Part shown: piece by piece, positions 51,652-63,453 of the stretch
Position numbering within the stretch: the first letter of the stretch is position 1
Layout: each line of letters begins with the position of its first letter
Assembly: GCA_030141605.1 (NCBI GenBank)
Contig: JAQGDQ010000001.1
Span: 2,108,001 to 2,172,000, forward strand
Source of the DNA: Tubiluchus corallicola
Lineage: Eukaryota; Animalia; Priapulida
Direction: 5' to 3'
Length of the DNA stretch: 64,000 nucleotides
The notes under the pieces: generated by a model
What the model was told of the DNA's origin: nothing
The model's database searches: none
The model's input: the letters and a program-made list of their open reading frames with translations, nothing else
Position numbers and translations under genes: made by a program

Positions 51652-54600
51652 TTGGGATTGAAAGGTATCAAAAGGATTTTGAACTTATCAACACTGAATA
51701 ATGGTTCAAGTTGTGAAGTCCATGAGATAAGTTTAGAAGTTTGTCCTCTTCCAGAAGTACAGCCTGATGGGAAAGGCATCAATTTAGAAAAAGTGTACGC
51801 TATACAGAAACTCCCTTCTTTGAGAAATGCTGTTATATCACGTTCGGAAGCTAAACAATGGGACCATTTGAAAGATCTTCCATTACCTTGTATCAATTCA
51901 TACGAGGATGTGATGATACTAATTGGGCAAGATAATGCTGATGCCTTCATGCCTTTGGAATTAAGAGCTGGGAAATCTGGCGATCCATATGCCATAAAAA
52001 CACCTCTCGGATGGACTGTGAATGGTAACTTATCTATGCCTCTGCCATCTGCACTCATTCCAGAAGCGATTGTGAATTTTACTGTCTCGGACAATAAGTT
52101 GTCAGATCAAGTCAAGTGTTTTTGGCACATAGACTCTTATGGAACAGGCGATGTTCCTGAAATGTCTCTGGATGACATAAGAACCTTGGAAATATGGAAC
52201 CAATCCATTGTGAAAGAGAATGGTCACTACATGATGGACATCCCATTCAAAGAATACCCACCTGGTCTTCCAGACAATTTTGACATGGCAAAAAGACGTC
52301 TCATGTTCTTAAAAAGAAAACTTGAGAAGGATCCTACTATTTGTGAGAAATACTTAAAAAACATGGTTGACCTTTTCGAAAAGGGATTCGCTGAAGCAGT
52401 TGATAATCCTTTTGCCCCTACCGAGTGTACTTGGTACCTACCACACCATGGTGTTCAGACTCCCACAAAGCCTAAGCTCAGAACAGTTTTTGATTGTTCA
52501 GTCAAGTGTGATGATATGTCTTTGAACACGAAGGTATTCCAAGGACCAGACTTGACTAGCTGCTTAATAGGAGTTCTTCTTCGGTTTCGGGAGGCACACT
52601 TTGCAGTCATGTCCGATGTGGAAGCAATGTTCAATCAAGTTTTAGTCACACCTAAGCATCGAGATGCCTTACGGTTCCTATGGTTTCCTGACGGTAACCT
52701 GAATGAGCAGCCAAGAGTTTATCGAATGACTCGTCACCTTTTTGGAGGAACTTGGTCACCCAGTGCAGCTAATTTTGCCCTTCAACGAACGGCTATAGAC
52801 AACAAAAATGGCTTTGATGCTGTTGCTGTTGAGGCAGTCATGAAAAACTTCTATGTCGATGACTGTCTAAAGTCATTTTGGACGGAAGAACATGCAATCA
52901 GATTCGTAAAGCAACTTACTTTACTCTTAGCTAGAGGAGGCTTTCACATTACGAAATGGGTCTCAAACAGTAAGGCAGTCATGGAGACCATACCTCCGAC
53001 TGAGCGAGCTGAATCTGTAAGGAATGTCGACCTGTCTGCTGATGCTGGTAGTCTTACTCAGGAAAGAGCATTGGGTTTGTGTTGGGAAGTTGACACAGAT
53101 CGTCTTTGCGTTAGCACCAATGTGAAGGACAAACCAATGACAAAAAGAGGCTTGCTTAGCACCCTGAGTTCAGTGTACGATCCTCTAGGAATAGTTTGTC
53201 CATACGTTTTATTGGCTAAACTATTATTTCAGTCCGAATGTAGATTGAAAAAAGAATGGGATCAGCCTTTGGAAGACACAGCACAGGTACTTTGGCGCAA
53301 ATGGCTGAGCGATCTGCCTGTCCTTGACCATTTTGGTATGAGCAGGTGCTTTGTGCCTAAGTCCTTTGAACGTGTTCTTACTACTGAACTACATGTCTTC
53401 GTAGATGCTTCACAAGCTGCTTATGCAGCAGTTGCTTATCTTCGCCTAGTCGATGTTAATGACCATATTTACTGCAGTTTTGTCATCGCTAAATGTCGGT
53501 TAGCACCACTCAAGACCCTTACTATACCCAGACTAGAACTGTGTGCGGCTCTTATGGGTGTAAGGATTGACGAAACATTGAGACGTGAAATACAGCCAAG
53601 CATCCAAAACACATACTTCTGGACCGACAGTATGATTGTTCTAAGATATATCAATAACTCAGACAAACACTTCAAGACCTTTGTGGCAAACAGATTATCA
53701 GCCATTCATGAGCAGTCTTCACCAAGTCAATGGTATCACATTGCAAGTGACAAGAACCCAGCAGATATTTCTACAAGAGGGCTAGGTGCTCAACAGCTTA
53801 TTGATAATAAGGTTTGGCTCAGTGGTCCAGAATTTCTGTGGGATGCATCAAGTAACTGGACTAGTGTGTCTACAATTCCTTTTGATGTTCAAAACACAGA
53901 TGACCTTGAGGTAAAGCTTGATGCAGCAGGAATAAAGGTGAACACAGTAGTAGCAAAAGATAGGCAGGAACCGCTTTCTTTGTTCATACGTCACTTCTCT
54001 TCCTGGTACAGATTGAAGAAGGGCATTGCATGGCTCCTTAGATTGAAGTGTATTCTACTTCAAAGGGTCAGAAAATCTCCAAATACGATGGTTCACACTA
54101 GCAGGCTTACAGTTCAAGAGCTGGATGAGGCAGAGGAATCTATCATAATTTATCTCCAAGATGTTCATTTTCAGAAGGAAAAGGCTGCATTGACACATCT
54201 GAGCATGGATGTTACAAGGACTGATAGCAAGCAAAGATCAGCTAAAAGGATTTTGCAGTCTAGCTGCCTTTTCAAGCTTGATCCAATACTAGCATCTAAT
54301 GGTCTCATTTGTATAGGAGGTAGAATCAAGCACAAGCACCAGCCTATAATTCCCAGAGATGAACACGTTGTTTCTCTGATCATCAGAGAAATGCATGAAA
54401 GGACTGGCCATTCAGGCAGAGAGCATGTGATGGCAAAGCTTCGCGATAAATTCTGGATTATAAAGGCAAGGCCAATGGTAAGGCGTTTATTATCCAGCTG
54501 TACAATTTGTAAGCGTCGTGATGCTCGCCTAGAATCGCAAAAGATGGCGGACCTTCCCAATGACAGGCTTGAGTCTGGAAACCCTCCATTTTTGCGAGTA

Positions 54601-55500
54601 GGAGTTGACTGCTTCGGGCCCTTTCTTGCCAAACGGGGCCGTGTACTAGTGAAATGTTACGGCTGTCTGTTCACATGTCTGGCAACAAGAGCCATTCACC
54701 TGGAACTCTTGTTTTCCTTGGAAACTGACAGTTTTTTGAACGGACTATTTCGTTTTATCAGCAGAAGAGGAGTTCCCGAGCTCATCAGATCAGACTGTGG
54801 CACAAACTTCATTGGTGCTAATGAAGAGTTAAAGAAAGCAATTCAGAATTGGAATCAAGAGCAAATCGATACTGCCTTACTTCGGCAGAATATCCAATGG
54901 AAATTCAACACACCCTCAGCTTCACATCAAGGAGGAGTATGGGAACTTATGATACGTTCAGTACGCAAAGTGATGTCTTCCATTGCAAATCTGCAAACAG
55001 TAGATGACGACAGTCTTATAACTCTGTTTTGTCAAGTAGAAGCCATCATAAATGGTCGACCGCTTAGTATTGTGTCTGATGATCCACGAGACCTACAGCC
55101 TCTTACACCCAATCACATTCTTCTTCTAAGAGGTGGTCCAACATTGCCCTTTGGTAAATTTTCTGAGACTGGTTTGTACAAAAAACGTTGGAGGCAAGTT
55201 CAATATTTGTCGGACATCTTCTGGAAGCGTTGGGTATCCGAATACTTGCCATTGCTTCAAAGCCGTCAGAAATGGCACCATAGGTCTCAAAATTTGAAGA
55301 TTGGAGATATTGTTATTGTTGCAGACCAGAATTTACCAAGAGGACATTGGAAACTGGCGCGAATAGACAATGTATTTCCTGGCAAGGATGGCTTAGTTAG
55401 ATCCGTAGAGGTTCGGATGGGTGACTCTGTCTTGCGTAGACCAATTCACAAAATTGCTTTACTTGAACGTATTGATGAAAATGTTAACCAAATTGATTAA
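51652..55500 (+). CDS. BEL/Pao Pol (rest of protease, RT, RNase H, integrase); joined to gag by a 1-nt frameshift near 51620
   Basis: WYLPHHGV, R.VFDCS, GPDL, FYVDD, YDPLG, LHVFVDAS, IPRLEL, WTDS, FVANR, H..GH...CTIC, VDCFGP, SD.GTNF, GGVWE, INGRPL, LTPNH, W.RW..EYL, PGKDGLVR. Confidence 0.95.
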   Translation: MGLKGIKRILNLSTLNNGSSCEVHEISLEVCPLPEVQPDGKGINLEKVYAIQKLPSLRNAVISRSEAKQWDHLKDLPLPCINSYEDVMILIGQDNADAFMPLELRAGKSGDPYAIKTPLGWTVNGNLSMPLPSALIPEAIVNFTVSDNKLSDQVKCFWHIDSYGTGDVPEMSLDDIRTLEIWNQSIVKENGHYMMDIPFKEYPPGLPDNFDMAKRRLMFLKRKLEKDPTICEKYLKNMVDLFEKGFAEAVDNPFAPTECTWYLPHHGVQTPTKPKLRTVFDCSVKCDDMSLNTKVFQGPDLTSCLIGVLLRFREAHFAVMSDVEAMFNQVLVTPKHRDALRFLWFPDGNLNEQPRVYRMTRHLFGGTWSPSAANFALQRTAIDNKNGFDAVAVEAVMKNFYVDDCLKSFWTEEHAIRFVKQLTLLLARGGFHITKWVSNSKAVMETIPPTERAESVRNVDLSADAGSLTQERALGLCWEVDTDRLCVSTNVKDKPMTKRGLLSTLSSVYDPLGIVCPYVLLAKLLFQSECRLKKEWDQPLEDTAQVLWRKWLSDLPVLDHFGMSRCFVPKSFERVLTTELHVFVDASQAAYAAVAYLRLVDVNDHIYCSFVIAKCRLAPLKTLTIPRLELCAALMGVRIDETLRREIQPSIQNTYFWTDSMIVLRYINNSDKHFKTFVANRLSAIHEQSSPSQWYHIASDKNPADISTRGLGAQQLIDNKVWLSGPEFLWDASSNWTSVSTIPFDVQNTDDLEVKLDAAGIKVNTVVAKDRQEPLSLFIRHFSSWYRLKKGIAWLLRLKCILLQRVRKSPNTMVHTSRLTVQELDEAEESIIIYLQDVHFQKEKAALTHLSMDVTRTDSKQRSAKRILQSSCLFKLDPILASNGLICIGGRIKHKHQPIIPRDEHVVSLIIREMHERTGHSGREHVMAKLRDKFWIIKARPMVRRLLSSCTICKRRDARLESQKMADLPNDRLESGNPPFLRVGVDCFGPFLAKRGRVLVKCYGCLFTCLATRAIHLELLFSLETDSFLNGLFRFISRRGVPELIRSDCGTNFIGANEELKKAIQNWNQEQIDTALLRQNIQWKFNTPSASHQGGVWELMIRSVRKVMSSIANLQTVDDDSLITLFCQVEAIINGRPLSIVSDDPRDLQPLTPNHILLLRGGPTLPFGKFSETGLYKKRWRQVQYLSDIFWKRWVSEYLPLLQSRQKWHHRSQNLKIGDIVIVADQNLPRGHWKLARIDNVFPGKDGLVRSVEVRMGDSVLRRPIHKIALLERIDENVNQID

Positions 55501-55533
55501 ATGTTCGTAAATTGCCCATTTAATGAGGGGCGG

Positions 55534-55967
55534 TGTAGCGGGTGCATAGGCCCTTTTTTGTCTTTATTTAGTTACTGCCACGGTGCTGCCACCTGTTTGT
55601 TTATTTAGTAGACTTTTTACCCGTCTTTCGATTCTCTCGGCCATTGCTCTAGTGCTGTGTCTATGTTGAACATTATGTCTGTAACTCTCTTACGAGTTTA
55701 TTGTTGTGACATCGTTGTTCTTAAGGCCTTGGAGTTCTCATTCCTGTCTTTGTAATTGCTAAAGGCTCTAACAACGTAAGTCATTATTAATTAATTTCAA
55801 TATATATCAAAATTTTTATATCAGTTTTCTTAGTTATAGTCATACATCTAATCATGCGATGAACTCTTTTCTATTCAATGCAAATTAAACTAATTGTTAA
55901 ATCATTGTATTACAGAATAAAGAAACTTTTGGTCAGCACATTAAACTGGTGTTTTGCATCCATTTCA
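55534..55967 (+). repeat. 3' LTR
   Basis: Follows the PPT, begins TGTAGC, ends TTTCA, followed by the TSD CTAGC. Confidence 0.96.
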
Positions 55968-58900
55968 CTAGCTATTGTTTGTTTTTTGTCGCGTTTCTAC
56001 AAAACACTTAGAAACGGTACAAATGTTGGTTGGTATGGACATTGCAAGAACACATTGAAGTTATGTTTAAGTCCAGCAGATGACACTTCCTGACAAAAAT
56101 ATGAGCTTGGCAACTAGAAAAACCCAAAGCAAAATGACAGTTTCCACGAGCTACTATCGGATTTTGAAAATAGAAGTTTTTTACAATTGCAGTACTAGTT
56201 TATAGCGAGAAAAGTGGGTACTGGGATATAAAATGAGATTTTTAGTTTTTTGAACATTTTCTTGATAATTTGCGTGCTAGAACATAAAAGTCCAATACTC
56301 GTTCGTTTTCTATAAAAAACGAAAAATTGACATTTGACCAAATTTCTGGTACATCTTACTTTGAAGCACAATAACGAAGCTTATGTTGACTTACGGGTGG
56401 TTTTTGGCACAAAATGTCAATTAACATCTTGCCCAATCTCAAAGTCCACGGAAATTTATGGACTGTCTATAAAAATGTTAGTTTTTTACTCGTGTCATGA
56501 CTATAATTATACTGTTTTATAAACAACAAAAACAATAATGATTAGAGATGTTCGTAATTATACACTTATGGATATCATTATAGTCCATCATAATCATGCA
56601 TATCATTCACCAGACTAATGAAGCCAACGAAAAACTGTGAGTCAGCCATGCAAGATTCCAACCCAGATTCCCAGAATAAAGCTACAAACTCTATCCATTT
56701 GAACAATCGACCCACATGACTAAATCAGATCTGAATTCGCATGCTCGTAGTAGTAATTCATAACCTTTGCTGCTAGCAGTCAGTCAGAACCACATAATTC
56801 GGTGCTAAAATTAGAATAGAGCCCCTGAGCCAAATGAGTAATGTTTAGTGAACCCCATAGAAATACTACGACACTGTACTGTACTTTTTAAATAACTTTT
56901 ATCAAATAAATATTAATGCTAAAATTTATGGTTAATTATATAAAAAAATTAATATTCAAACAAAACCTATTGAAAATAATACTGCCGCACAATGGCCGTG
57001 CAGCATGTGTATTTGTTGTCGAATCAAAGCGGCAATGTACTTTAGAAGACGGAGTAAGCGTCTATAGCAACAAGGCAAAATTTTGTTCTTTGTTTGGATG
57101 ACTTATGTAACCAATTATTGAAGCCTAATTACTGTTACTACAACTATGTATTGTATATGCATACCAGTTTACCGTATTATCGAAACGTGGTTGCGACCAT
57201 CGAAACAGTATTCACATCCTAATTACTAACCGCCAATCAACCGAACTAAGAATGAGTGCCGAGATCTCTCTTTGTGGGCCTAATTGATTTCTAATTTCGT
57301 GTTTATAATTCATGTCTACTTTGTTTTGGGCGAGCTTGCAGTTATAATAAATTTTGCTACAATATTTAGATATTGGCCGCAGGGAGCATAGCCAAGTTCT
57401 AAAGTTAGGGGCAGCAAGGACATAAAAAAGGGCCAGTGTCACATGAAGCAATTATGTGTTTGTCTGTACCACAACAGACAGTATGAATGTGTGACAAGAA
57501 CATATTAATATTATTATAATAATTAGATTTGATGTAATTTGATACTTGGTTCAATAAGTCAAAATTTACAAATGAGTTTTATAAATACACGCTCATTTCA
57601 AAAACACAGGAGCCAGGTTGGTCAAATAAAGTAATGGCTCCAGAAAATTTTTCCAAGGCTGTACAATTAAAAAATCGTCTGTAACCTACTTTTACAACAA
57701 AAGTAGAGTTAAATTTATAGGATTGTTGCTTCAAACACTAGTGCTGTTGTTATACGATATTATAAAAATTTTGAAATTTAAAATCTTACAAGTGTCACAC
57801 CATTGCCTAAAATTAATTTAGCAATTATTAAAAAATTGTCAGTGTAATTTCTTACGGTTTCTTCTGTCGATAAAATTTCACTTGTGTATCAATGACATGT
57901 GGCTGATTTAGAAAGCAATTCTAAGCCAATGTTAAACAAGTTACAGGATCAGCTACATGCATAATTGTGATAATCACATTTGTATTAAGTCTGATGACCA
58001 GAGCCGGCTCAACCTGGTTCAGTTAGGGGTCTTTGGGAGTAAGCGTTCCCAGCAGGACTAGTGCAGAGCCCTGGCCAATATTACTTTTGTTTGCATTTTA
58101 ATGATCCCAAAAGACCTTGATTTGAAATAGAAATTTGAAACTTCGTGCTTTATGTAATTGCTTTTTAATGAACTAATTATCTTATAAGATAACTTGTTAA
58201 TTAAAATAGAAATTTGTATTTTGTAGAATTCTGCATCAAACCTTATCACTTTTAACAAGTACACTGTACTTCGTTTTTGCCTTTGATATCTTAAAAAAAG
58301 CTCCATATGGAGTAAGTGTAAATTCCACTAGATAAGATTGAGGTCAGTTTCTCAGAAAAATTCTTTCGCATTAAAACCATTTTCGAGAAAAAATTCCCAG
58401 AAAAACTTTTCCCAGGAAGATCTTTTAGCAGAAAAATCAGGATTGCATTTTTAATTGCAAGATCTGTTATTTTAATAGGATAAAGACTACATTTGACTAT
58501 TTCCTATTTTTCTTTTTGCCCCTCCCTCTCCCTCTTCACTGACTTGGCTACCCCTATCTCTCTTTCGCCTGCTCTCATTCTCCTACTCTCTCTCTCATTC
58601 CCTCCCCCGTCTCTCTCCTTTAATTATTTACAGCTCTTTGATTAATGGCTATCAGAATAATTGGAAATGATACAATGGTACAAGTACAGCAGACAGTCAG
58701 AACGTACAATATTTTGGTACACTAAATGCTGGTTGACATTTTCCCATCCATGGTTGCTCATTATTATTTTCAATGTTTCCTGCTGGACAGTTGTTACAGC
58801 AATAAGCATTAGAGAAATGAATACATTGAACGAGCCGGCTGTTTTTCTCAATTCAACTAAAACGAAAAATATATTACTACAATGCGGCTTCATCTATTAT

Positions 58901-59138
58901 ATTGCCAAGACTAAAGACACGACCTCATACTGTGGTTGCTGTTATCCAGGATGTTCAGCTAGAGCTAAAGCAATAGGCAATATTGTGGTGACTACTAACA
59001 ACCACAGCCACCCACCACCTGAGGTATTTAACAGTGTTCCTACATTTTTTAATTTTGTATTAATGAGAGTATGATGCATTTCTTGACTCTAGGGTAGACT
59101 TCTAGTAAAGTAAATTTCATAAGTTTAACAAGTAGTGT

Positions 59139-59210
59139 GCCTCTATGGCGTAGTGGTTAGCATAGCTACCTTGATAGTAGGTCTGGGATTTAGTCTCATT
59201 GGAGATGCAA
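59139..59210 (+). repeat. Degenerate tRNA-like / SINE-head fragment
   Basis: A-box-like TGGCGTAGTGGTTAGC; B box degenerate; no convincing cloverleaf. Confidence 0.4.
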
Positions 59211-59649
59211 AACTTTTTCACATTTTTTAATTTAGTATTGCATTTATATGATCCTCTTATTAATCTAACCTTGTCAAATGTACTGATTAGTACAGCTCTA
59301 CTCCCTATGTACTGTTCAGTTTGAGATATTTAGGCCTTTGTCGTAACACATATTGTATCATTTTAGGAAGAGATTATTGCCTGGCAGTGCACTGCAACAG
59401 TGAAGTAAGAAACTGAAACAGATATGGGACATCTTTAAAACAAATTTTTGATAGGAGCAGGCTAATGCCATTTTAGTTAGTGGACATCCAGACAGAGAGT
59501 ATTTAATGCCAGCGATGCTATCAAGTGCTCAACTATAACACATTGCTCAAAGGTTTGGATTCGTCCTAATTATAAAGTACCACTCAGTCACAGGATAGGT
59601 AGCATTAATATGATTAACAGACAGATAGAGGAACACAGGTTGAGATGGG

Positions 59650-59656
59650 GGAGAGA

Positions 59657-59738
<82 letters not shown>
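59650..59738. repeat. (GA)n microsatellite
   Basis: Seen directly. Confidence 0.97.
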
Positions 59739-59741
<3 letters not shown>

Positions 59742-62700
59742 GCGAATTAATATGTACTAAATGATTTATATTAAGTATTTAAGCACAGCGGATATACATT
59801 CTCTGGTGTGTATAACGAACAATAACGGTATTTTAAAGTTGGTCAGTTGAATGTTTACTGACATTTTTTTTTACTGTGAGGATTTGTTGTGTTGCCCCCA
59901 ACTGTGGACCTCCATTGCAAAACAAAAGATCTGACATAGTGGTGTCAGACACCTTAAAAAATTTAGATGGCAAAGGTTTTTTGCTAGTAGATGATGGAAT
60001 GGATGACCACATATTAGTTTTCAGCGATCCAGGTGCATGTCTGTTCAGTGCTTACTCATGTATGGCACATTTAAATACGTGCCACCTCTGTTTACCCACT
60101 TTTTGTTATAGTTTGATACCTAATGGCCACGTAATACTAATTCTTTCATGCCAAACTAAACCGAACAAATGTGCCATGGTACTTCAGGCTGTTTCATTTA
60201 ATCGAAGAACTGACTCAAAGATATCAGCTAATTTTATGAGCAGGGTTCGTTATGTGCGAGAATTCATCATGTACGCATTTGTAAACGTATTGGGTAATAA
60301 CATTTGAATGCAAATCTGTCATTTTCATTTTGCACAGGCTATTTGTTGAACAATAGGATGTTATGGATTTATGGCAGTGTATCGTCAGCACTAGAATGTG
60401 CCTAAATGGGTTCACTCAGTAGTGGGATTAGCATTTTTACCTGAACAAGAAATACTACCTACGTGGATAGAGTTTGTGAACTTAACTCTGTCGTGCCAGC
60501 AGAGTTTTCTGAATATGTGGAGGACATCTAGACAGCACAAATCTTCAAACCATGTATTCCACACATTAGTGGTGTGTTAAGCACAAGCAGAAAATGGCGA
60601 AATAAATTCTAACAATCATGCTGAAGGCTACAACAGTAGACTTGGGAAGAATTTTGGCTAAACACCGAAATCTCTAGCACTTTGTAGAAAAATTTGCCAA
60701 TGAAGCTCTCGATTTTCAGCCTCAGAGAGCACATATCGAATAAAGCTGGAATCATAGGCACACCTATAAGAACGCACCTATAAGAAAGACGCGATCAGCA
60801 GATATACCGCTTTAAGGACCATTACAGATTAGATAAGTAGAAGGCAGTTTTGTTAAAGCTTTGGGTGTGCTACTTTTAAGAATTCATTCCTGTAATTAAG
60901 GCATAGTATTGAAAGTACAATCTTGAGAAATTTAGACCTAATTCTGTTTAAAAGGTCAATCTTGTTTTTTAATTTTGTTGTGATGTCATTACTACAACTT
61001 CTAGCTGTTAGTAGCATGAAATTGTTTTGCGAAGATCAAAATGATTTTCTACCTAATCTTTGACATTATAATTTTTTACTTTCTTCTCTTAACAAGTTGG
61101 CCAACCTTTTTGATCATGTGATACACATCAATTAATACACACAGTTAAAATAAATTGATGGATTGATATGACCCTTATCAACCAATATCCATATTTGGAA
61201 TAAATTACAATATTTTCATCACACCCTTCTATTGCATAATATCCACTGTGCCCTAAAAAGGATTTCTGTCATTTTCCATGAATTTTGTTTTCTATCAAAT
61301 GCCACTTCTAGGTAAAAGATTTTCTGGGAAATGGCAATTCTTGGAAGTCGATTTTTCTGTCAGAAAAGTTTGCTGTGAATTTTTTTTCTGGCAAATAAAC
61401 TTCTAGGATAATATTCTTCTGGGAAACAGGTCTACCCCTTTTATATAACTTGTTTGTTGTTTGTATTATTGGTGCACAGATTACAGATTAAATGTAAACA
61501 TGTTATAATAATACAGTTTATAGACTAAATGTAAACATGTTAAAATAATATATACAAACTACCACCATACGTGTGCTACCACGCTTAATGGTCGAACCTG
61601 GTGGAAAAGTCATCCATCCAGTTAGCACTCCCTAATTTAGGGCCGTCAGGAAATCAGTGAATCTAAACCTAATCTGGCATCTGTTCAGAAAGGCATTACT
61701 ACAATATTATAATAAAAATGCACTATAACACAATGTGAAATATGCTCAGCTTCCATAGCTTGCCACATCATTAAAAATTCAAAATACAGCCTTCCGTTCT
61801 TTGTTCATCGCAAACTTTTGCACTGGCTGCTTAATGTCTATTTCCTTAAAGCAACTTACATTCAATTGCAATTAATAGAACTTTGCAAGTCATTGTTTAT
61901 ATTATTGATGTATTAATTTTATTAAAACCAAATGCAATGAGTGGATGCAATGAACTCAAAATTTACTCATTTGTGATTTAAAACACATTTTTGCTTGACC
62001 AATAAATTTCTCTCCCGCAAGTTTTAATAAATTTTCTGTCCTAGGCATTGCCTAGTTCGAGTCTGTCTTCAGCCGGCCTTGCTGATGACTGAAACCAAAA
62101 ATAAAAATTACATTGTAATTATCTTTAAATATTTTATTACAAAAATTGGTGAGCAATGTTACTGCAATTGCAATCATCAAGCTTTCAATGAAGTGTAGTA
62201 AAGGTTGGTCCTGAGCATTTGTGAACAGTCTCAGCTGAAGTATTGAAGTTTACAAGACTGAATTTTTATGGGATAAGTTGTGGTCTCTCCTCTGAATGAC
62301 GGAGTTTAGGTTCAACTGATGCATGAAATTGGCATGATGTTAAAAATCATTTTATCAAAAATGCTGTATATCTTCAAAGTGAGGTAAGACTGATGTCGGT
62401 AGGCTATGTAAGGTCTCTCTTCAAAATGGTTACAGTTGGTGCTTTGCTGATTCTGCTACAGGTCAGATGTTACTTTTCAAAATGTAGTACAAGTTTTAAA
62501 GAAATCTCTATAATCCATTTTTGAAGTAATGCAATGTAGACAAATAAATCGTATTACTGCATATAATGGACTTTCTATAAGAGGTTCATATTTGACATTA
62601 GATGATTTTTTTTAGGTAATTGCTATAATTTTTAACTTGTTAACTGCAGAAGCAGACAGCAAACCTGGTGGGCTATTCATTCATGATGTAATGTGACTAG

Positions 62701-63060
62701 GCTGCTTTGCTTTTTCAAGTTAAATCAAACAAAACCATGACGTGTTTTACACTAGTTTCAACAGAATATAAAATACATATATCAGTTATGTAAACATTTA
62801 CATAATTGTCATTATAGATCAATGATCATTACAGCACTTTGGTAATTCTTTTCATATTTAGACCTATACAACTATGATCATATTTAGTTGATTGGTAATT
62901 GATGATGAATGCATGATAATACTATCACAACCCTTTTCTGCAAAAAGATTCATTTTTTCAAATGAAAGTACTAAATTCTAAATAGGTATAGTACAATTAA
63001 ATCTGTAAATAAACTTTTCCTGTTATTTGTGTTTAGAATTTTTTGCCACATCTTTAACAA

Positions 63061-63121
63061 ATGGCAGCAAGTTTAAGGCAAGCAAGGGCAAAAATTGAGA
63101 ATATTCACAAACACTCTCACT
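63061..63121 (+). CDS. EFCAB1: Calaxin / EF-hand calcium-binding domain protein 1, first coding exon
   Basis: Acceptor gtttag at 63036, in-frame TAA before the ATG, then MAASLRQARAKIENIHKHSH(F), donor gtaagt at 63122. Confidence 0.8.
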
Positions 63122-63315
63122 GTAAGTATGAGAATTATTGATTTACTTTGATCAGCGTAGATATAAATGCTGGTCAGTCACTCCGTTTCATTATCACTGG
63201 CAGCATATTAAACAGCAGATATTGTCATGCAATTAATTTAGCATGTCAGGCTTCACTCATCTTTGAAACTCACTCAACAGTTATTGTGAGCTAAATGACT
63301 ACAATTCTTCTACAG

Positions 63316-63453
63316 TTAGCAAACGTGAAGTAGAAGAACTACTAAAAATATATGCGTCGCTGACTAAGCCTAATGAAAAACTTGATCGAGTCAACTTTCG
63401 GGATGTCCTGTTTAACTATTTCAACATGACAGATGATATTCTAATGGACAAAG
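63316..63453 (+). CDS. EFCAB1: Calaxin / EFCAB1 second coding exon; gene continues beyond the right edge
   Basis: ttctacag|...|gtatga; encodes (F)SKREVEELLKIYASLTKPNEKLDRVNFRDVLFNYFNMTDDILMDK; compare recalled human EFCAB1 HFNKFEV..LIK...LDRNAFRNILHVTFGMTDDMIMDRVF. Phase 1/1. Confidence 0.88.

Larger units (their letters stand above)
48737..55967 (+). mobile_element. Full-length BEL/Pao LTR retrotransposon
   Basis: Two 434-bp TG...CA LTRs; 5-bp TSD CTAGC at 48732-48736 and 55968-55972; purine tract GAGGGGCGG before the 3' LTR; gag-PR-RT-RH-IN domain order. Confidence 0.97.
58340..61438 (+). mobile_element. Decayed Mutator-like (MULE) transposon with FLYWCH and transposase remnants
   Basis: FLYWCH-like GFIYY......SYCGC....CSARA.......NNHSHPP (58818-59022); FLLVDDG....ILVFS; a GTFK.VP.LF-like segment; LAFLP; NNHAEGYNSRL. 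Inverted subterminal arrays of TTTTCCCAGAAAA-like units lie at both ends. Confidence 0.8.
57999..62081. mobile_element. hAT-family non-autonomous element hosting a nested Mutator-like element
   Basis: Imperfect TIRs CAGAGCCGGCT / AGCCGGCCTTG; 8-bp TSD CTGATGAC at 57991-57998 and 62082-62089. Confidence 0.85.

Noticed and set aside
49842-54632. Antisense ORFs within the BEL element
   Set aside because: They are shadow frames of gag-pol with no motifs of their own.
59139-59210. Functional tRNA gene
   Set aside because: The B box and stems are degenerate; kept only as a SINE-like fragment.
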